From NCBI RefSeq assembly GCF_988243305.1, contig NZ_OZ547136.1: a stretch of DNA of 64,000 bases; one strand, 5' to 3'. Below, one piece after another: positions 33,382 through 46,140 of the stretch. Made by a program: the position numbers and the translations under genes. Numbering within the stretch: position 1 is the first letter of the stretch; the number at the start of each line of letters is the position of its first letter. The notes under the pieces are model-generated. The model searched no databases. It was not told the DNA's origin and saw nothing but the letters and a program-made list of their open reading frames with translations.

Positions 33382-33458
33382 AACCCTTTCCTCAAACCGC
33401 TATCATATGTAGATACAGTATATATCAATCTACATTGTAGATACGAGCTAATTTCGGC
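33382..33458 (-). promoter_or_regulatory. mazEF promoter/operator region with alternating palindrome
   Basis: Sequence tatcatatgtagatacagtatatatcaatctacattgtagatac contains inverted repeats (atgtagat / atctacat) directly upstream of mazE. Confidence 0.45.
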
Positions 33459-35693
33459 CTAACTCCCGTGCAACCGACGCGCGTCGATAACGTCTGGCAC
33501 CTGATTGAGTTTACCCAGCACGCGGCCCAGCACTTGCAGATTGTAAATCTCAATGGTCATGTCGATAGTCGCCAGTTGCTGTTTAGTGTCGCTACGGCTG
33601 GCAACGCCAAGCACGTTCACCTTCTCGTTGGCAAGAATGGTCGTGATATCACGCAATAATCCACTGCGATCATTGGCCATCACCCGGACCACCAGCGAAT
33701 ATCCGGCGGAGTAGCTCTCACCCCATACCGCGTCAACAATGCGTTCTGGCGCATGGGAGCGCAGTTCCGCCAGTTGTTCGCAATCGGCGCGGTGTACTGA
33801 AATACCGCGTCCCTGGGTAATGAAGCCGACAATCTCATCTCCAGGAATCGGCTGACAGCAGCGCGCGATGTGGTGCATCAGGTTGCCGACACCTTCTACC
33901 ACCACACGACCGTTATCTTTACTGCGGTTTTGCGGCGTATAGCTTTTTTGCTGAAGTTGCTTCAGCGCGGCGGCATCCTGCTCTTCGGCACTCGGCTTAT
34001 TAAATTGCGATTGCAGGAAGTTCACCATCTGATTGAGACGGATATCCCCGCCACCAATTGCCGCCAGCAACTCGTCGACATCATTGAAGTTGTAACGCGG
34101 CAGCAGATGTTTTTCTGCTTCTTTCAGGCTGATCCCCAGATGTTCCAGCTCGTCGTCAAGGATTTGCCGCCCAGCCAGAATGTTTTTGTCACGGTCCTGT
34201 TTACGGAACCAGGCGTGAATTTTCGAACGCCCACGGCTGGTTGTGACGTAACCGAGGTTTGGGTTTAACCAGTCACGGCTGGGGTTCGGCTGTTTCTGGG
34301 TGATAATTTCAATCTGGTCGCCCATCTGCAGCTGGTAGGTGAACGGCACAATGCGCCCGCCAATTTTTGCCCCGATGCAGCGGTGTCCGACATCACTGTG
34401 GATGTGGTAAGCGAAGTCCAGCGGTGTTGATCCCGCAGGCAAATCAACGACATCACCTTTCGGCGTAAAGACGTACACCCGGTCGTCAAAGACCTGGCTA
34501 CGTACTTCGTCGAGCATTTCGCCGGAATCAGCCATCTCTTCCTGCCACGCAATCAGTTTACGCAGCCAGGCAATCCGGTCTTCATGTCCCGAACGTGCGC
34601 CGCCAGCTGCCGCGCCCTCTTTATATTTCCAGTGCGCAGCAACACCCAACTCTGCATCTTCATGCATCTGTTTAGTGCGGATTTGGATCTCAACGGTTTT
34701 GCCACCTGGTCCCAGAACCACGGTATGAATAGACTGATAACCGTTTGGTTTCGGGTTAGCGACGTAATCGTCAAACTCATCCGGCAGGTGGCGATAGTGA
34801 GTGTGCACTATCCCCAGTGCGGCATAACAATCCTGTAAACGCTCGGCGACAATACGTACCGCACGCACATCAAACAGCTCATCGAAGGCGAGGTTCTTTT
34901 TCTGCATTTTGCGCCAGATGCTGTAGATGTGTTTCGGACGACCATACACTTCAGCTTTAACGCCTTCAGCTTTCATCTCAGCGCGCAGATGGCCGACAAA
35001 CTCTTCGATATAGTGTTCGCGGTCGAGACGGCGTTCATGCAGCAGTTTTGCGATGCGTTTGTATTCGGTCGGGTGGAGATAACGGAAGCAGTAATCTTCC
35101 AGCTCCCATTTCAGTTGTCCAATCCCAAGACGGTTCGCCAACGGCGCGTAGATATTGGTGCACTCTTTTGCCGCCAGTACGCGTTCATCTTCCGGCGCGT
35201 CTTTTACTTCGCGCAGATGAGCAATACGCTCTGCCAGTTTGATGACCACGCAGCGAAAATCATCGACCATCGCCAATAACATCCGGCGAACGTTATCGAC
35301 CTGTTCGGAGGAAACAGAATCGGTATGCGTCGCTTTCAGCTGGCGGATCGCCGCCATATCACGCACGCCGTGAATAAGGTTAACGACCGACTTACCGACG
35401 CTCTCACGCAGCACATCTTCGCTGACTACGTTGGCATCCGCCAGAGGGAACAGCAGCGCCGCCCGCAGCGTGTCAATGTCCATACTTAATGTCGAGAGGA
35501 TCTCCACCATCTCAACACCACGCCACAATAACAGACTGGCATCCGGATGCCCCTGCGTCTGTTGCAGACAATACGCCCAGGTTTCGGCTAAGCACTCACA
35601 CGACTTCTGGCTGGTAATACCCAGACTTGCGATCCATTTTTCCGGATCAAATTCACCAGCCTTATTGATATGTGCACTTCTTACCGCAACCAT
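33459..35693 (-). CDS. relA: GTP pyrophosphokinase, (p)ppGpp synthetase I (744 aa)
   Basis: 744 aa ORF with RelA/SpoT synthetase domain, TGS and ACT regions. Confidence 0.97.
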   Translation of the reverse strand: MVAVRSAHINKAGEFDPEKWIASLGITSQKSCECLAETWAYCLQQTQGHPDASLLLWRGVEMVEILSTLSMDIDTLRAALLFPLADANVVSEDVLRESVGKSVVNLIHGVRDMAAIRQLKATHTDSVSSEQVDNVRRMLLAMVDDFRCVVIKLAERIAHLREVKDAPEDERVLAAKECTNIYAPLANRLGIGQLKWELEDYCFRYLHPTEYKRIAKLLHERRLDREHYIEEFVGHLRAEMKAEGVKAEVYGRPKHIYSIWRKMQKKNLAFDELFDVRAVRIVAERLQDCYAALGIVHTHYRHLPDEFDDYVANPKPNGYQSIHTVVLGPGGKTVEIQIRTKQMHEDAELGVAAHWKYKEGAAAGGARSGHEDRIAWLRKLIAWQEEMADSGEMLDEVRSQVFDDRVYVFTPKGDVVDLPAGSTPLDFAYHIHSDVGHRCIGAKIGGRIVPFTYQLQMGDQIEIITQKQPNPSRDWLNPNLGYVTTSRGRSKIHAWFRKQDRDKNILAGRQILDDELEHLGISLKEAEKHLLPRYNFNDVDELLAAIGGGDIRLNQMVNFLQSQFNKPSAEEQDAAALKQLQQKSYTPQNRSKDNGRVVVEGVGNLMHHIARCCQPIPGDEIVGFITQGRGISVHRADCEQLAELRSHAPERIVDAVWGESYSAGYSLVVRVMANDRSGLLRDITTILANEKVNVLGVASRSDTKQQLATIDMTIEIYNLQVLGRVLGKLNQVPDVIDARRLHGS

Positions 35694-35740
35694 CGTCCTC
35701 TCCTTTAGGGACCAGACCTGCCGAAATCGGCAAATCGTAA

Positions 35741-37042
35741 CTATTTAACGCGCGAGAAAAGTACCATCGATTCCAGATGTCCCGTGTGTGGGAACATATC
35801 CAGCATCGCCAGTCGCGCAATGGTATATCCTGCTTTTAATAACGCTTCGCTATCCCGAGCCAGCGTTGCAGGGTTACAGGATACATAAACTATACGAATA
35901 GGTTCCAGTTTTATAATTTGCTGCATAACACCTGCGGCACCTGCTCGCGCGGGGTCCAGCAACACTTTATCGAAGCCGTTTTTCGCCCACGGCTGCTTTG
36001 TGACATCTTCTTCAAGATTTTCGTGATAAAACGTCACATTGTGTAAGTCATTAAGACGCGCATTCTGCTGGCCTTTTTCCACCAGCGCCGGAACACCTTC
36101 TACACCCACCACACTGGCAGCTTGTGTCGCCAATGGCAGTGTAAAGTTGCCCATACCGCAGAACAGATCCAGTACGCGATCTTCAGGTTGCACATCCAGC
36201 CATTCCAACGCACACGCTACCATTTTTTGGTTCACACCCGCATTGACCTGAATAAAATCGCGCGGGCTAAAAGTTAAGCGCAACCCGTTTGAGTCATACC
36301 AGGGCATCTCACCAGCGACGGTTTCGAGTATCTCACTATCGGGGGCGAGATACAGATCCAGGCCTTCAGAATGCGAAAAGCGTTCCAGTTTTTCGCGATC
36401 TGCCGAACTTAGCGGTGCGGTATGGCGCAAAATCATCAGCGTGCCGCTGGTTGCCTGTACCAGTTCAACATGACCAAGATGGCGCATAGCTTGTAAGCTG
36501 CCCAGGCATGCCCTGACTTTGGGCAGCAATGCTTCAAGTTGGGGCACTAAAATGGGGCATTGTTTAACGTCGACAATGTCACTGGAGCCCGCTTTGCGAA
36601 AGCCCATCTGAAGTTGCTGTGTTTTCGGTAAGTAGTTCAAACTTAAACGCGCGCGACGGCGATAGCCCCAGGGAACATCGGCGATCACTTCAGAGACCTC
36701 GTGTTTCATTAATCGGGCGAGTGCCGCACTTTTGCTTCGCTGCTGTAAATCCTCGCTGGCGTGTTGTTGCTGACAGCCGCCGCATACGCCAAAATGAGGG
36801 CAGCGTGGCGTTTCGCGTTCCGGGCTATCGCTTAACCGGCGCACGACTTTAGCGCGGGCGTATTGTTTTTTATCTTCAGTAACAGTAACTTCCGCGTTTT
36901 CCTGTGGCAATAATCCAGGAATAAATAACGCTTTGCCGTTATGTCGTGCCACGCCCTGACCAAAAGAGTCGAGGTCGTTGACTGAAACAGTTATGATCTG
37001 ACGCGTCGTCGTGCGTCGTTTTGCAGAGTAGAATTGCGCCAT
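35741..37042 (-). CDS. rlmD: 23S rRNA (uracil1939-C5)-methyltransferase (433 aa)
   Basis: 433 aa ORF; TRAM-like N-terminus and 4Fe-4S cysteines ([11 protein letters not shown]), SAM-MTase C-terminus. Confidence 0.92.
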   Translation of the reverse strand: MAQFYSAKRRTTTRQIITVSVNDLDSFGQGVARHNGKALFIPGLLPQENAEVTVTEDKKQYARAKVVRRLSDSPERETPRCPHFGVCGGCQQQHASEDLQQRSKSAALARLMKHEVSEVIADVPWGYRRRARLSLNYLPKTQQLQMGFRKAGSSDIVDVKQCPILVPQLEALLPKVRACLGSLQAMRHLGHVELVQATSGTLMILRHTAPLSSADREKLERFSHSEGLDLYLAPDSEILETVAGEMPWYDSNGLRLTFSPRDFIQVNAGVNQKMVACALEWLDVQPEDRVLDLFCGMGNFTLPLATQAASVVGVEGVPALVEKGQQNARLNDLHNVTFYHENLEEDVTKQPWAKNGFDKVLLDPARAGAAGVMQQIIKLEPIRIVYVSCNPATLARDSEALLKAGYTIARLAMLDMFPHTGHLESMVLFSRVK

Positions 37043-37098
37043 TGGCGAGACTTTCTCAATTTAACAGTGTGACCTTAATTGTCCCATAACGGAACTCC

Positions 37099-39855
37099 AT
37101 GACCAACTACAGCCTGCGCGCACGCATGATGATTCTGATCCTGGCACCGACCGTCCTTATTGGTTTATTGCTGAGTATCTTTTTCGTTGTGCATCGCTAT
37201 AACGATTTGCAGCGTCAACTGGAAGATGCCGGAGCCAGCATTATTGAGCCGCTTGCAGTTTCTACTGAATATGGCATGAGCCTGCAAAATCGCGAATCTA
37301 TCGGTCAGTTAATAAGCGTACTGCATCGTCGCCATTCCGATATTGTTCGCGCGATTTCGGTTTATGATGAAAATAACCGACTCTTTGTCACCTCCAATTT
37401 TCATCTTGATCCCTCATCAATGCAGCTCGGCAGCAACGTGCCGTTTCCTCGCCAGCTCACTGTCACTCGTGACGGCGATATTATGATCCTCCGCACACCG
37501 ATTATTTCTGAGAGTTACTCCCCCGACGAATCGCCCAGTAGCGATGCCAAAAATAGTCAAAATATGTTGGGATATATTGCGCTTGAGCTGGATCTTAAAT
37601 CGGTTCGCTTGCAGCAATATAAAGAGATCTTTATTTCCAGCGTGATGATGCTGTTTTGTATCGGTATTGCGCTTATTTTTGGCTGGCGCTTAATGCGCGA
37701 TGTAACCGGTCCGATTCGCAATATGGTGAATACCGTCGACCGCATCCGTCGCGGGCAACTCGACAGCCGGGTGGAAGGATTTATGCTCGGCGAGCTGGAT
37801 ATGCTGAAAAACGGTATCAACTCGATGGCAATGTCGCTGGCTGCTTATCACGAAGAGATGCAGCACAATATCGACCAGGCGACGTCCGATCTGCGTGAAA
37901 CGCTGGAGCAGATGGAAATTCAGAACGTTGAGTTGGATCTGGCGAAAAAGCGTGCCCAGGAAGCGGCGCGTATTAAATCCGAGTTTCTGGCAAATATGTC
38001 ACACGAGCTGCGTACACCACTGAATGGTGTTATTGGCTTTACTCGCCTGACGCTGAAAACAGAATTAACACCAACGCAGCGCGATCACCTGAATACGATT
38101 GAACGTTCGGCAAATAATTTGCTGGCAATTATTAATGATGTTCTCGACTTCTCGAAACTGGAAGCAGGTAAGCTGATTCTGGAAAGTATTCCATTCCCAC
38201 TACGCAGCACGCTGGATGAAGTCGTTACCCTGCTGGCACATTCTTCTCACGATAAAGGGCTGGAACTGACGCTCAATATTAAGAGCGACGTGCCCGATAA
38301 CGTAATTGGCGACCCACTGCGATTACAGCAAATCATCACTAACCTGGTAGGGAATGCAATTAAATTCACCGAGAATGGCAACATTGATATTCTGGTAGAA
38401 AAACGTGCGCTGAGTAATACCAAAGTGCAGATTGAAGTGCAGATTCGGGATACCGGCATTGGTATTCCTGAACGCGATCAATCGCGCTTATTCCAGGCCT
38501 TCCGACAGGCTGATGCCAGTATTTCCCGCCGTCATGGTGGCACCGGGCTGGGGCTGGTGATTACACAAAAACTGGTTAATGAAATGGGCGGCGATATTTC
38601 GTTCCATAGCCAGCCGAATCGCGGTTCAACTTTCTGGTTCCACATTAATCTCGATCTGAACCCGAACATTATTATCGAAGGGCCATCCACCCAGTGCCTA
38701 GCCGGCAAGCGCCTGGCCTATGTCGAACCAAACTCCGCAGCAGCGCAATGCACGCTGGATATTTTAAGTGAAACGCCGCTGGAAGTGGTTTATAGCCCAA
38801 CGTTCTCCGCGCTGCCTCCCGCGCATTACGACATGATGTTGTTAGGCATCGCGGTGACCTTCCGCGAGCCGCTAACAATGCAACATGAGCGATTAGCGAA
38901 AGCGGTATCGATGACCGATTTTCTGATGCTGGCACTTCCTTGCCATGCACAAGTCAATGCTGAAAAACTTAAGCAAGATGGTATCGGCGCGTGTCTGCTG
39001 AAACCATTAACACCTACGCGCCTGTTACCTGCCCTGACGGAATTTTGTCATCACAAACAAAACACGCTTTTGCCTGTAACCGATGAAAGTAAGCTGGCAA
39101 TGACAGTCATGGCGGTTGATGACAACCCCGCTAACCTGAAACTTATCGGCGCATTGCTGGAAGATATGGTGCAACATGTGGAACTTTGCGATAGCGGGCA
39201 TCAGGCGGTTGAACGGGCGAAACAAATGCCGTTCGATTTGATCTTAATGGATATTCAAATGCCGGACATGGACGGCATTCGGGCCTGCGAGCTCATCCAC
39301 CAGCTCCCCCATCAGCAACAAACGCCAGTTATCGCGGTAACGGCGCATGCAATGGCCGGGCAAAAAGAGAAGCTGCTTGGCGCAGGGATGAGCGATTATC
39401 TGGCGAAACCGATTGAAGAAGAGCGATTGCATAATTTGTTGTTGCGCTACAAGCCTGGCAGCGGTATTTCCTCTCGCGTCGTGACGCCCGAAGTCAACGA
39501 AATTGTGGTGAACCCGAATGCGACCCTCGACTGGCAACTGGCACTACGCCAGGCAGCAGGAAAAACCGATTTAGCGCGCGATATGCTGCAAATGTTACTC
39601 GATTTCCTGCCTGAAGTTCGCAACAAAGTTGAGGAACAGCTGGTTGGAGAAAACCCGGAAGGCCTGGTTGATTTGATTCATAAACTGCATGGCAGTTGCG
39701 GCTATAGCGGTGTGCCGCGTATGAAGAATCTCTGCCAACTGATCGAACAACAGCTACGTAGCGGTACTAAAGAAGAAGATTTGGAGCCGGAGCTGCTGGA
39801 ACTGTTAGACGAGATGGATAATGTAGCGCGCGAAGCCAGCAAAATTCTCGGGTAA
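37099..39855 (+). CDS. barA: Hybrid sensor histidine kinase BarA (918 aa)
   Basis: 918 aa; TM/HAMP N-terminus, H-box ([11 protein letters not shown]), receiver domain ([14 protein letters not shown]), C-terminal HPt. Confidence 0.95.
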
Positions 39856-39987
39856 CGGACGTCTTGTCGAGTCAAAATAGGTTCCGTCCAATGCCAATGC
39901 TGGGAGCAGCACAGACAGTCCCCTCGCCCCTCCGGGGAGAGGGCGAGGGGGAAAACCGGCCCCGTAAACCACTTCGTCAGTAATCTC

Positions 39988-40022
39988 AAACCGACTTCTT
40001 ATGAAGCCGGTTTTGGTTTTCT
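39988..40022 (+). terminator. Putative rho-independent terminator downstream of barA
   Basis: Hairpin aaaccgacttc-ttat-gaagccggttt followed by ttggttttct; preceded by a GC-rich palindrome (cccctcgcccctccggggagagggcgagggg) at about 39925-39956. Confidence 0.45.
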
Positions 40023-40025
40023 GTC

Positions 40026-41366
40026 TTAACGCACCATGCACGGGCGCTTGTTATCAAACGTCCAGCCAGGAATCAGATACTGCATTCCCATCGCATCGTC
40101 TCGCGCACCAAGCCCATGTTTCTGATACAGCTCGTGGGCTTTCATCACCTGATCCATATCGATTTCTACACCCAATCCTGGTTTTTGCGGCACCTGTACC
40201 AGCCCGCCTTTGATCTCAAACGGTTCTTTGGTCAGACGCTGATTGCCTTCCTGCCAGATCCAGTGCGTATCAATAGCAGTAATTTTACCCGGTGCGGCTG
40301 CGGCAACGTGGGTAAACATCGCCAGGGAGATATCGAAGTGGTTGTTAGAGTGTGAACCCCAGGTCAGGCCAAATTCATGGCACATTTGCGCCACACGTAC
40401 CGAACCTTGCATCGTCCAGAAATGCGGATCCGCCAGCGGGATATCAACGGATTGCAGGGAGAGCGTATGGCCCATCTGCCGCCAGTCGGTGGCGATCATA
40501 TTGGTTGCGGTCGGCAGGCCAGTCGCGCGACGGAACTCTGCCATCACTTCACGCCCGGAGAAACCTTGCTCCGCACCACACGGATCTTCTGCATAAGCCA
40601 GCGACCCTTTCAGGTATTTACCAATTTTAATCGCTTCGTTCAGCGACCAGGCACCGTTAGGATCGAGGGTAATACGCGCCTGTGGGAAGCGTTGCGCCAG
40701 TGCCACAATAGATTCTGCTTCTTCTTCTCCGGCCAGTACACCGCCCTTCAGTTTGAAATCGTTGAAGCCATATTTTTCATACGCCGCTTCCGCCAGGCGC
40801 ACCACCGCATCCGGCGTCATCGCTTCTTCGTGACGCAGGCGATACCAGTCACATTTATCATCCGGCTGGCTTTGATACGGCAGCGGTGTGGCTTTGCGAT
40901 TACCGACGAAGAACAGATAACCGAGCATTTCGACTTCGCTACGCTGTTGACCATCGCCCAGCAGCGATGCCACGTTAACCCCCAGATGCTGCCCCAGCAG
41001 ATCCAGCATTGCCGCTTCTATCCCGGTAACCACATGAATAGTGGTCCGCAAATCAAATGTCTGCAAACCGCGCCCGCCGGCATCACGATCGGCAAATGTA
41101 TTACGCACCAGCGTCAGAACGTTTTTGTATTCACCCAGCGTTTTACCCACCACCAGCGGAATCGCATCTTCCAGCGTTTTACGGATTTTCTCGCCGCCGG
41201 GAATTTCCCCTACGCCGGTGTGACCAGAATTATCTTTGATAATCACAATATTACGCGTGAAGAACGGTGCGTGTGCACCACTCAGATTCATCAGCATACT
41301 GTCATGGCCCGCCACCGGGATGACCTGCATTTCAGTAACAACAGGCGTCGTAAATTGAGAACTCAT
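40026..41366 (-). CDS. gudD: Glucarate dehydratase (446 aa)
   Basis: Enolase-superfamily member, start taken at [25 protein letters not shown]. Confidence 0.92.
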   Translation of the reverse strand: MSSQFTTPVVTEMQVIPVAGHDSMLMNLSGAHAPFFTRNIVIIKDNSGHTGVGEIPGGEKIRKTLEDAIPLVVGKTLGEYKNVLTLVRNTFADRDAGGRGLQTFDLRTTIHVVTGIEAAMLDLLGQHLGVNVASLLGDGQQRSEVEMLGYLFFVGNRKATPLPYQSQPDDKCDWYRLRHEEAMTPDAVVRLAEAAYEKYGFNDFKLKGGVLAGEEEAESIVALAQRFPQARITLDPNGAWSLNEAIKIGKYLKGSLAYAEDPCGAEQGFSGREVMAEFRRATGLPTATNMIATDWRQMGHTLSLQSVDIPLADPHFWTMQGSVRVAQMCHEFGLTWGSHSNNHFDISLAMFTHVAAAAPGKITAIDTHWIWQEGNQRLTKEPFEIKGGLVQVPQKPGLGVEIDMDQVMKAHELYQKHGLGARDDAMGMQYLIPGWTFDNKRPCMVR

Positions 41367-41386
41367 ATTTATGTCCTTTTTCAAAA

Positions 41387-42727
41387 TCAATGACGGCCGA
41401 AAACGGGACGTTTACGGTCATAGGTCCAGCCGGGGATCAGGTACTGCATCGGGCCCGCGTCGTTACGCGCACCGCCAGGCAGACGTTTATAGGCCTCATG
41501 CGCCTTTTGTACCTGCTCCCAGTCCAGTTCCACGCCCAGACCGGGCGCATCAGGAACGGCAATTTTTCCGTTTTTAATCTCCAGCGGATTTTTGGTCAGG
41601 CGACAATCTCCCTCCTGCCAAATCCAGTGGGTATCGATAGCGGTAGGATTACCCGGTGCCGCCGCACCCACATGGGTAAACATCGCCAGAGAGATATCGA
41701 AGTGATTATTGGAATGGCAGCCCCAGGTCAGCCCCCAGTCGTCGCAAAGCTGCGCCACGCGGACTGCACCGGAAAGCGTCCAGAAATGCGGATCGGCAAG
41801 TGGAATATCCACCGCATTGAGCATTACCGCATGGCCCATTTCGCGCCAGTTGGTGGCAATCATGTTGGTCGCGACGGGCAGGCCGGTCGCCCGTCGAAAC
41901 TCCGCCATCACTTCACGACCGGAGAAACCCTGCTCAGCGCCGCATGGATCTTCAGCATAGGTGAGAACATCATTCAGCCCTTTGCACAGAGAAATTGCTT
42001 CATCAAGCAGCCATGCACCGTTGGGATCAACGGTAATCCGCGCATCCGGGAAGCGTTTCTTCAATGCACGAACAGTGTCGATTTCTTGCTCGCCAGGTAA
42101 CACGCCGCCCTTAAGTTTGAAATCTTTAAAGCCGTAGCGATCCTGTGAGGCTTCCGCCAGACGCACAACGGCTTCGCTGTTCATCGCTTTCTGATGGCGC
42201 AACTGATACCACTCATGGTTGCCCGGCGTATTTTCCAGATAAGGAAGATCGGTTTTGGTCCGATCACCGATATAAAACAGATAACCGAGGACGGTAATAG
42301 CCTCGCGTTGCTTGCCTGGCCCCAACAGTTCGCAGACCGGAACATTCAGCGCCTTACCTAGCAGGTCAAGCAAGGCGGCTTCCAGCGCCGCCACGGCATT
42401 AACGCGCAATTCAAAAGTCCAGGCACCTTTGCCGAAGGTATCAAAATCGGCTGCCTGATTACCTTTATGCACCTGCTGAACCACTTTATTCAGGCGCGCA
42501 ACTTCCTGGCCCAACACCATCGGAATAGCATCGACCAGTGTCTGATAAATCACCTCTCCGCCTGGCGCTTCACCAATGCCGGTATGCCCGGCGTTATCGG
42601 TGAGTACCACAATATTGCGAGTGAAATATGCGTTATGCGCCCCACCAATATTAAGCAACATGCTATCGTGCCCGGCGACCGGAATGACTTTCATATCAGT
42701 AATAACAGGACTGGATTGTGTCGTCAT
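41387..42727 (-). CDS. gudX: Glucarate dehydratase-related protein (446 aa), paralog of gudD
   Basis: [24 protein letters not shown]..., highly similar to the downstream gudD product. Confidence 0.92.
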   Translation of the reverse strand: MTTQSSPVITDMKVIPVAGHDSMLLNIGGAHNAYFTRNIVVLTDNAGHTGIGEAPGGEVIYQTLVDAIPMVLGQEVARLNKVVQQVHKGNQAADFDTFGKGAWTFELRVNAVAALEAALLDLLGKALNVPVCELLGPGKQREAITVLGYLFYIGDRTKTDLPYLENTPGNHEWYQLRHQKAMNSEAVVRLAEASQDRYGFKDFKLKGGVLPGEQEIDTVRALKKRFPDARITVDPNGAWLLDEAISLCKGLNDVLTYAEDPCGAEQGFSGREVMAEFRRATGLPVATNMIATNWREMGHAVMLNAVDIPLADPHFWTLSGAVRVAQLCDDWGLTWGCHSNNHFDISLAMFTHVGAAAPGNPTAIDTHWIWQEGDCRLTKNPLEIKNGKIAVPDAPGLGVELDWEQVQKAHEAYKRLPGGARNDAGPMQYLIPGWTYDRKRPVFGRH

Positions 42728-42728
42728 C

Positions 42729-44081
42729 TTATTGCCCCGCGACAGGTTTCAGCTCGATACGCTTGATATCGCCCACCAGCACCAGGTAGCTCAGTACCGC
42801 GATTAAGGCATGAACACCAACATAAATCAGCGCCCCATTAAACGAGCCAGTCGTGCCAACGATATAACCAATTGCGATTGGCGTGACGATGCCAGAAATG
42901 TTACCGAACATGTTGAACAGGCCACCGGAAAGACCGCTGATCTCTTTTGGCGCGGTATCTGCCATTACTGCCCAACCCAGCGCCCCGATGCCCTTACCGA
43001 AGAAGGCCAGCGCCATAAAGCCGATGATCATCCACTCAACGTTGACGTAGTTGCAGAACACCATCACCATCGACAGCAACATGCCCATTACGATCGGTGT
43101 TTTACGCGCAATGTTCAGCGATCCCGTGCGGCGCATCAGCCAGTCGGAAATAATCCCACCCAGCACACCGCCGATAAAACCGCAAACCGCCGGAACGGAA
43201 GCCACAAAGCCCGCTTTCAGAATCGACATCCCGCGTGCCTGCACCAGATAAACCGGGAACCAGGTAATAAAGAAGTAAGTCAGGGCGTTGATACAGTACT
43301 GACCGATATAAACGCCGATCATCATCCGTGACCCGAGCAGCTGTTTGATCTGCCCCCACTTCACACTGAACGGTACTTTAACTTTGGTGTTTTGCTGATC
43401 CATATTGATCAGCGCGCCACCCGCGGCGATATACTCCAGCTCTTTCTGATTTACCCCCGGATGTTGATTTGGCTCGTGGATGACTTTCAACCAGATAAAG
43501 CTGATGACAATGCCCAGACCGCCCATAAAGAAGAAGACGTGTGACCAGCCCACTTCATGCGTCAGCCAGCCCATAATCGGCGCGAAGATCACCGTTGCGA
43601 AGTATTGAGCGGAGTTAAAAATCGACACCGCCGTTCCCCTTTCCTGCGCCGGAAACCAGGCCGCTACAATGCGACTGTTACCGGGGAAAGATGGCGCTTC
43701 AGCAAGCCCGACCAGGAAGCGCAGCGTAAACAGGGCAACGATAATGCCGAATCCACTAAAAATATCGACGAAGCCTTGCAGCAAGGTAAACATCGACCAG
43801 ATAAAGATCGACCAGAAGTAGACGCGTTTTGAACCAAAACGGTCCAGCAACCAGCCACCAGGGATCTGCCCGATAACATAAGCCCATGAGAAAGCAGAGA
43901 ACACATAGCCCATTCCCACAGGATCAAGGCCGATATCTTTGGCCATTTCCGAACCGGCGATAGAGAGCGTAGCGCGGTCGCCGTAGTTGAAGGATGTGAC
44001 GATAAACAACATCACCACTATCCAGTAACGAGCATTCGTGCGTTTTTCCACACTGCTCGCAGCCTGACTTAAAGAACTCAT
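42729..44081 (-). CDS. gudP: Glucarate/galactarate MFS transporter (450 aa)
   Basis: 450 aa hydrophobic MFS ORF heading the gudPXD operon. Confidence 0.92.
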   Translation of the reverse strand: MSSLSQAASSVEKRTNARYWIVVMLFIVTSFNYGDRATLSIAGSEMAKDIGLDPVGMGYVFSAFSWAYVIGQIPGGWLLDRFGSKRVYFWSIFIWSMFTLLQGFVDIFSGFGIIVALFTLRFLVGLAEAPSFPGNSRIVAAWFPAQERGTAVSIFNSAQYFATVIFAPIMGWLTHEVGWSHVFFFMGGLGIVISFIWLKVIHEPNQHPGVNQKELEYIAAGGALINMDQQNTKVKVPFSVKWGQIKQLLGSRMMIGVYIGQYCINALTYFFITWFPVYLVQARGMSILKAGFVASVPAVCGFIGGVLGGIISDWLMRRTGSLNIARKTPIVMGMLLSMVMVFCNYVNVEWMIIGFMALAFFGKGIGALGWAVMADTAPKEISGLSGGLFNMFGNISGIVTPIAIGYIVGTTGSFNGALIYVGVHALIAVLSYLVLVGDIKRIELKPVAGQ

Positions 44082-44515
44082 TGTTGCACTCCTGAAAATT
44101 CGCGTTAGCCACGCTCACTCTGGACTGCGACATCGCCAGGAAATCAGAGGTGACGTAGGGTGTTTTTTGCCGTTTTTATAGGTCGTTCGCCGAATGCGGC
44201 GCGTGTTTATATCTGGCAATAGCAGTATAAAAAGCGCGCCATAGCGGCTCACCGTGCAACAACACAACATTAATGCGTTCAATGAGGCCCGATTTTGGCA
44301 TTAGCCCTGGACGGTGGAATCCACTTCACGGAAATGAAAACAAAAACAAGAAAGGAAGGGTTAAAACGAAGAAATAAAGAAGAGTATGAAATGGATCGCT
44401 TGACTCCAGGCAAACGCCAGTAAAAATCCACGCTATGAAGCAGTTTTTACTGGCATTTGCCTGAAAAGATTCGATTCAGCACCGCTAAAACGGCATTTCC
44501 CGCTCGCTGAACGTA

Positions 44516-44965
44516 TCAGGACAACAGCGTGCCCCAATGTTCGACCCACGGATTTGATTCCGTTTCCGGTTCCGGGTTCTCACTGGCGTCAATCAACAGC
44601 ATTTCTCCCACCCGCTGAGCGCTCTGTTCCTGCAACAAGGCATCGAACTGTTTGCCGCCATTGCAGAAATTCACATAACTACTGTCGCCGAGCGCAATCA
44701 CGCCATAACGCAGATTCGGCTGGAAGCCCAGACTATCTTTGATTCCCTGAAAGAGCGGCACAATGCTATCAGGAAGGTCGCCCTGCCCGGTCGTGGACGT
44801 AACCACCAGAACATACTTATCCTGATAGGGCAGCCAGTCGCTTAATTCAGGATCTTCAAATACCGTTGCTTTGTGGCCCTGCGCGGTCAGAATTGCTTCC
44901 GCTTCTTCCGCCACTAACAGCGAATTTCCGTACATGGTGCCCACAAAAATACCAATTTCCGCCAT
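44516..44965 (-). CDS. yqcA: Flavodoxin-like protein (149 aa)
   Basis: [26 protein letters not shown]..., short-chain flavodoxin fold. Confidence 0.9.
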   Translation of the reverse strand: MAEIGIFVGTMYGNSLLVAEEAEAILTAQGHKATVFEDPELSDWLPYQDKYVLVVTSTTGQGDLPDSIVPLFQGIKDSLGFQPNLRYGVIALGDSSYVNFCNGGKQFDALLQEQSAQRVGEMLLIDASENPEPETESNPWVEHWGTLLS

Positions 44966-44982
44966 ACCGTTTTCTCCCTGGA

Positions 44983-45765
44983 TTAGGAACTTATCTCTCC
45001 ATCCTGACCCGATGGCGCACTGAACTCAACCCTTTCATTTTCAGGAAGCAGACCCCGCCAGCCAAATTGTGATAACGCCTGCATCCAGGTGTCGTCCAGG
45101 CCCGCGTGAATAGTCAGCGGCTCGCCAGTAAAAGGATGCGTCAATGACAACTGACTGGCATGCAACATTAACCGCTGAAGGCCAAAATGTTCAGCACCGC
45201 TGCGATTCTGGCGTAAATCACCATGTTTGCTGTCGCCAATAATCGGGTGGCGCAAATGGGCAAGATGGCGACGGAGCTGGTGCTTACGTCCGGTTTTCGG
45301 CTCCAGTTCCACCAGGCCGTAGCGCGTGGTCGGGTAACGTCCGGTCGCTACCGGCATTTCTACGGTCGCCAGACCGCGATAATGCGTCACTGCTGGCTGT
45401 GGGCCTTTATCTTCGCGGGCAAATTTATCAGCGATTTTGTCCAGTTCTTCCACCAGTGGATAATCCAGAACTGCTTCTTCCATCAACCAGCCGCGCACAA
45501 TCGCATGGTAACGTTTCTGGATTTGGTGCTGCTCAAACTGTTGTGCCAGCAGCCGTCCGGCCTCGCTGGATAATCCCATCAACAACACACCAGAAGTTGG
45601 TCGGTCCAGACGATGAGCAGTAAACACATGCTGGCCTATCTGGTCACGCACGGTTTGCATGACCACTACTTTCTCGTCGCGATCCAGCCAGCTGCGGTGA
45701 ACCAGCCAGCCGGAGGGTTTATTTACCGCAACCAGCCATTCATCCTGATAGAGTATTTCCAGCAT
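44983..45765 (-). CDS. truC: tRNA pseudouridine(65) synthase (260 aa)
   Basis: RluA-family catalytic motif ([13 protein letters not shown]). Confidence 0.9.
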   Translation of the reverse strand: MLEILYQDEWLVAVNKPSGWLVHRSWLDRDEKVVVMQTVRDQIGQHVFTAHRLDRPTSGVLLMGLSSEAGRLLAQQFEQHQIQKRYHAIVRGWLMEEAVLDYPLVEELDKIADKFAREDKGPQPAVTHYRGLATVEMPVATGRYPTTRYGLVELEPKTGRKHQLRRHLAHLRHPIIGDSKHGDLRQNRSGAEHFGLQRLMLHASQLSLTHPFTGEPLTIHAGLDDTWMQALSQFGWRGLLPENERVEFSAPSGQDGEISS

Positions 45766-46094
45766 TAGCTCGCATCATCCGCAAAAAGAGCATCCAGTTT
45801 TTCCAGCTCAGCCAGAATAAGCGCGCGTTGCGGGTAGTCCGTCGCCAGCGCCATTTCATAATAGGGTGCAACGGCAAAAGCGCCCGGTAACGGCTGGTTG
45901 TTATCTAACAAATCGTGCATTCGCGGAATAAGCACCCACTGCAACCACTCCAGTGGTTCCATGGTGTCCATAAAGAACGGTTGGGTACTGTTAAATTGAT
46001 GCGGCTGGGGTTCATCGTTTCGCCAGTGCTGATGTTCACGCAGTAACGCTTCAAGCGCCTGCAACTGGAGACGAACGCGGTCATGAGTGGTCAT
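45765..46094 (-). CDS. yqcC: DUF446-family protein (109 aa)
   Basis: 109 aa ORF overlapping truC start by 1 bp. Confidence 0.85.
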   Translation of the reverse strand: MTTHDRVRLQLQALEALLREHQHWRNDEPQPHQFNSTQPFFMDTMEPLEWLQWVLIPRMHDLLDNNQPLPGAFAVAPYYEMALATDYPQRALILAELEKLDALFADDAS

Positions 46095-46140
46095 AAAGCA
46101 ACCTCAATAAGAAAAACTGCCGCGAAGGATAGCAGGAATA

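Noticed and set aside
40377-41393. 338-aa plus-strand ORF antisense to gudD, and 236-aa ORF 41390..42100 antisense to gudX
   Set aside because: Both lie inside the gud paralogs on the opposite strand; composition is shadow-ORF-like.
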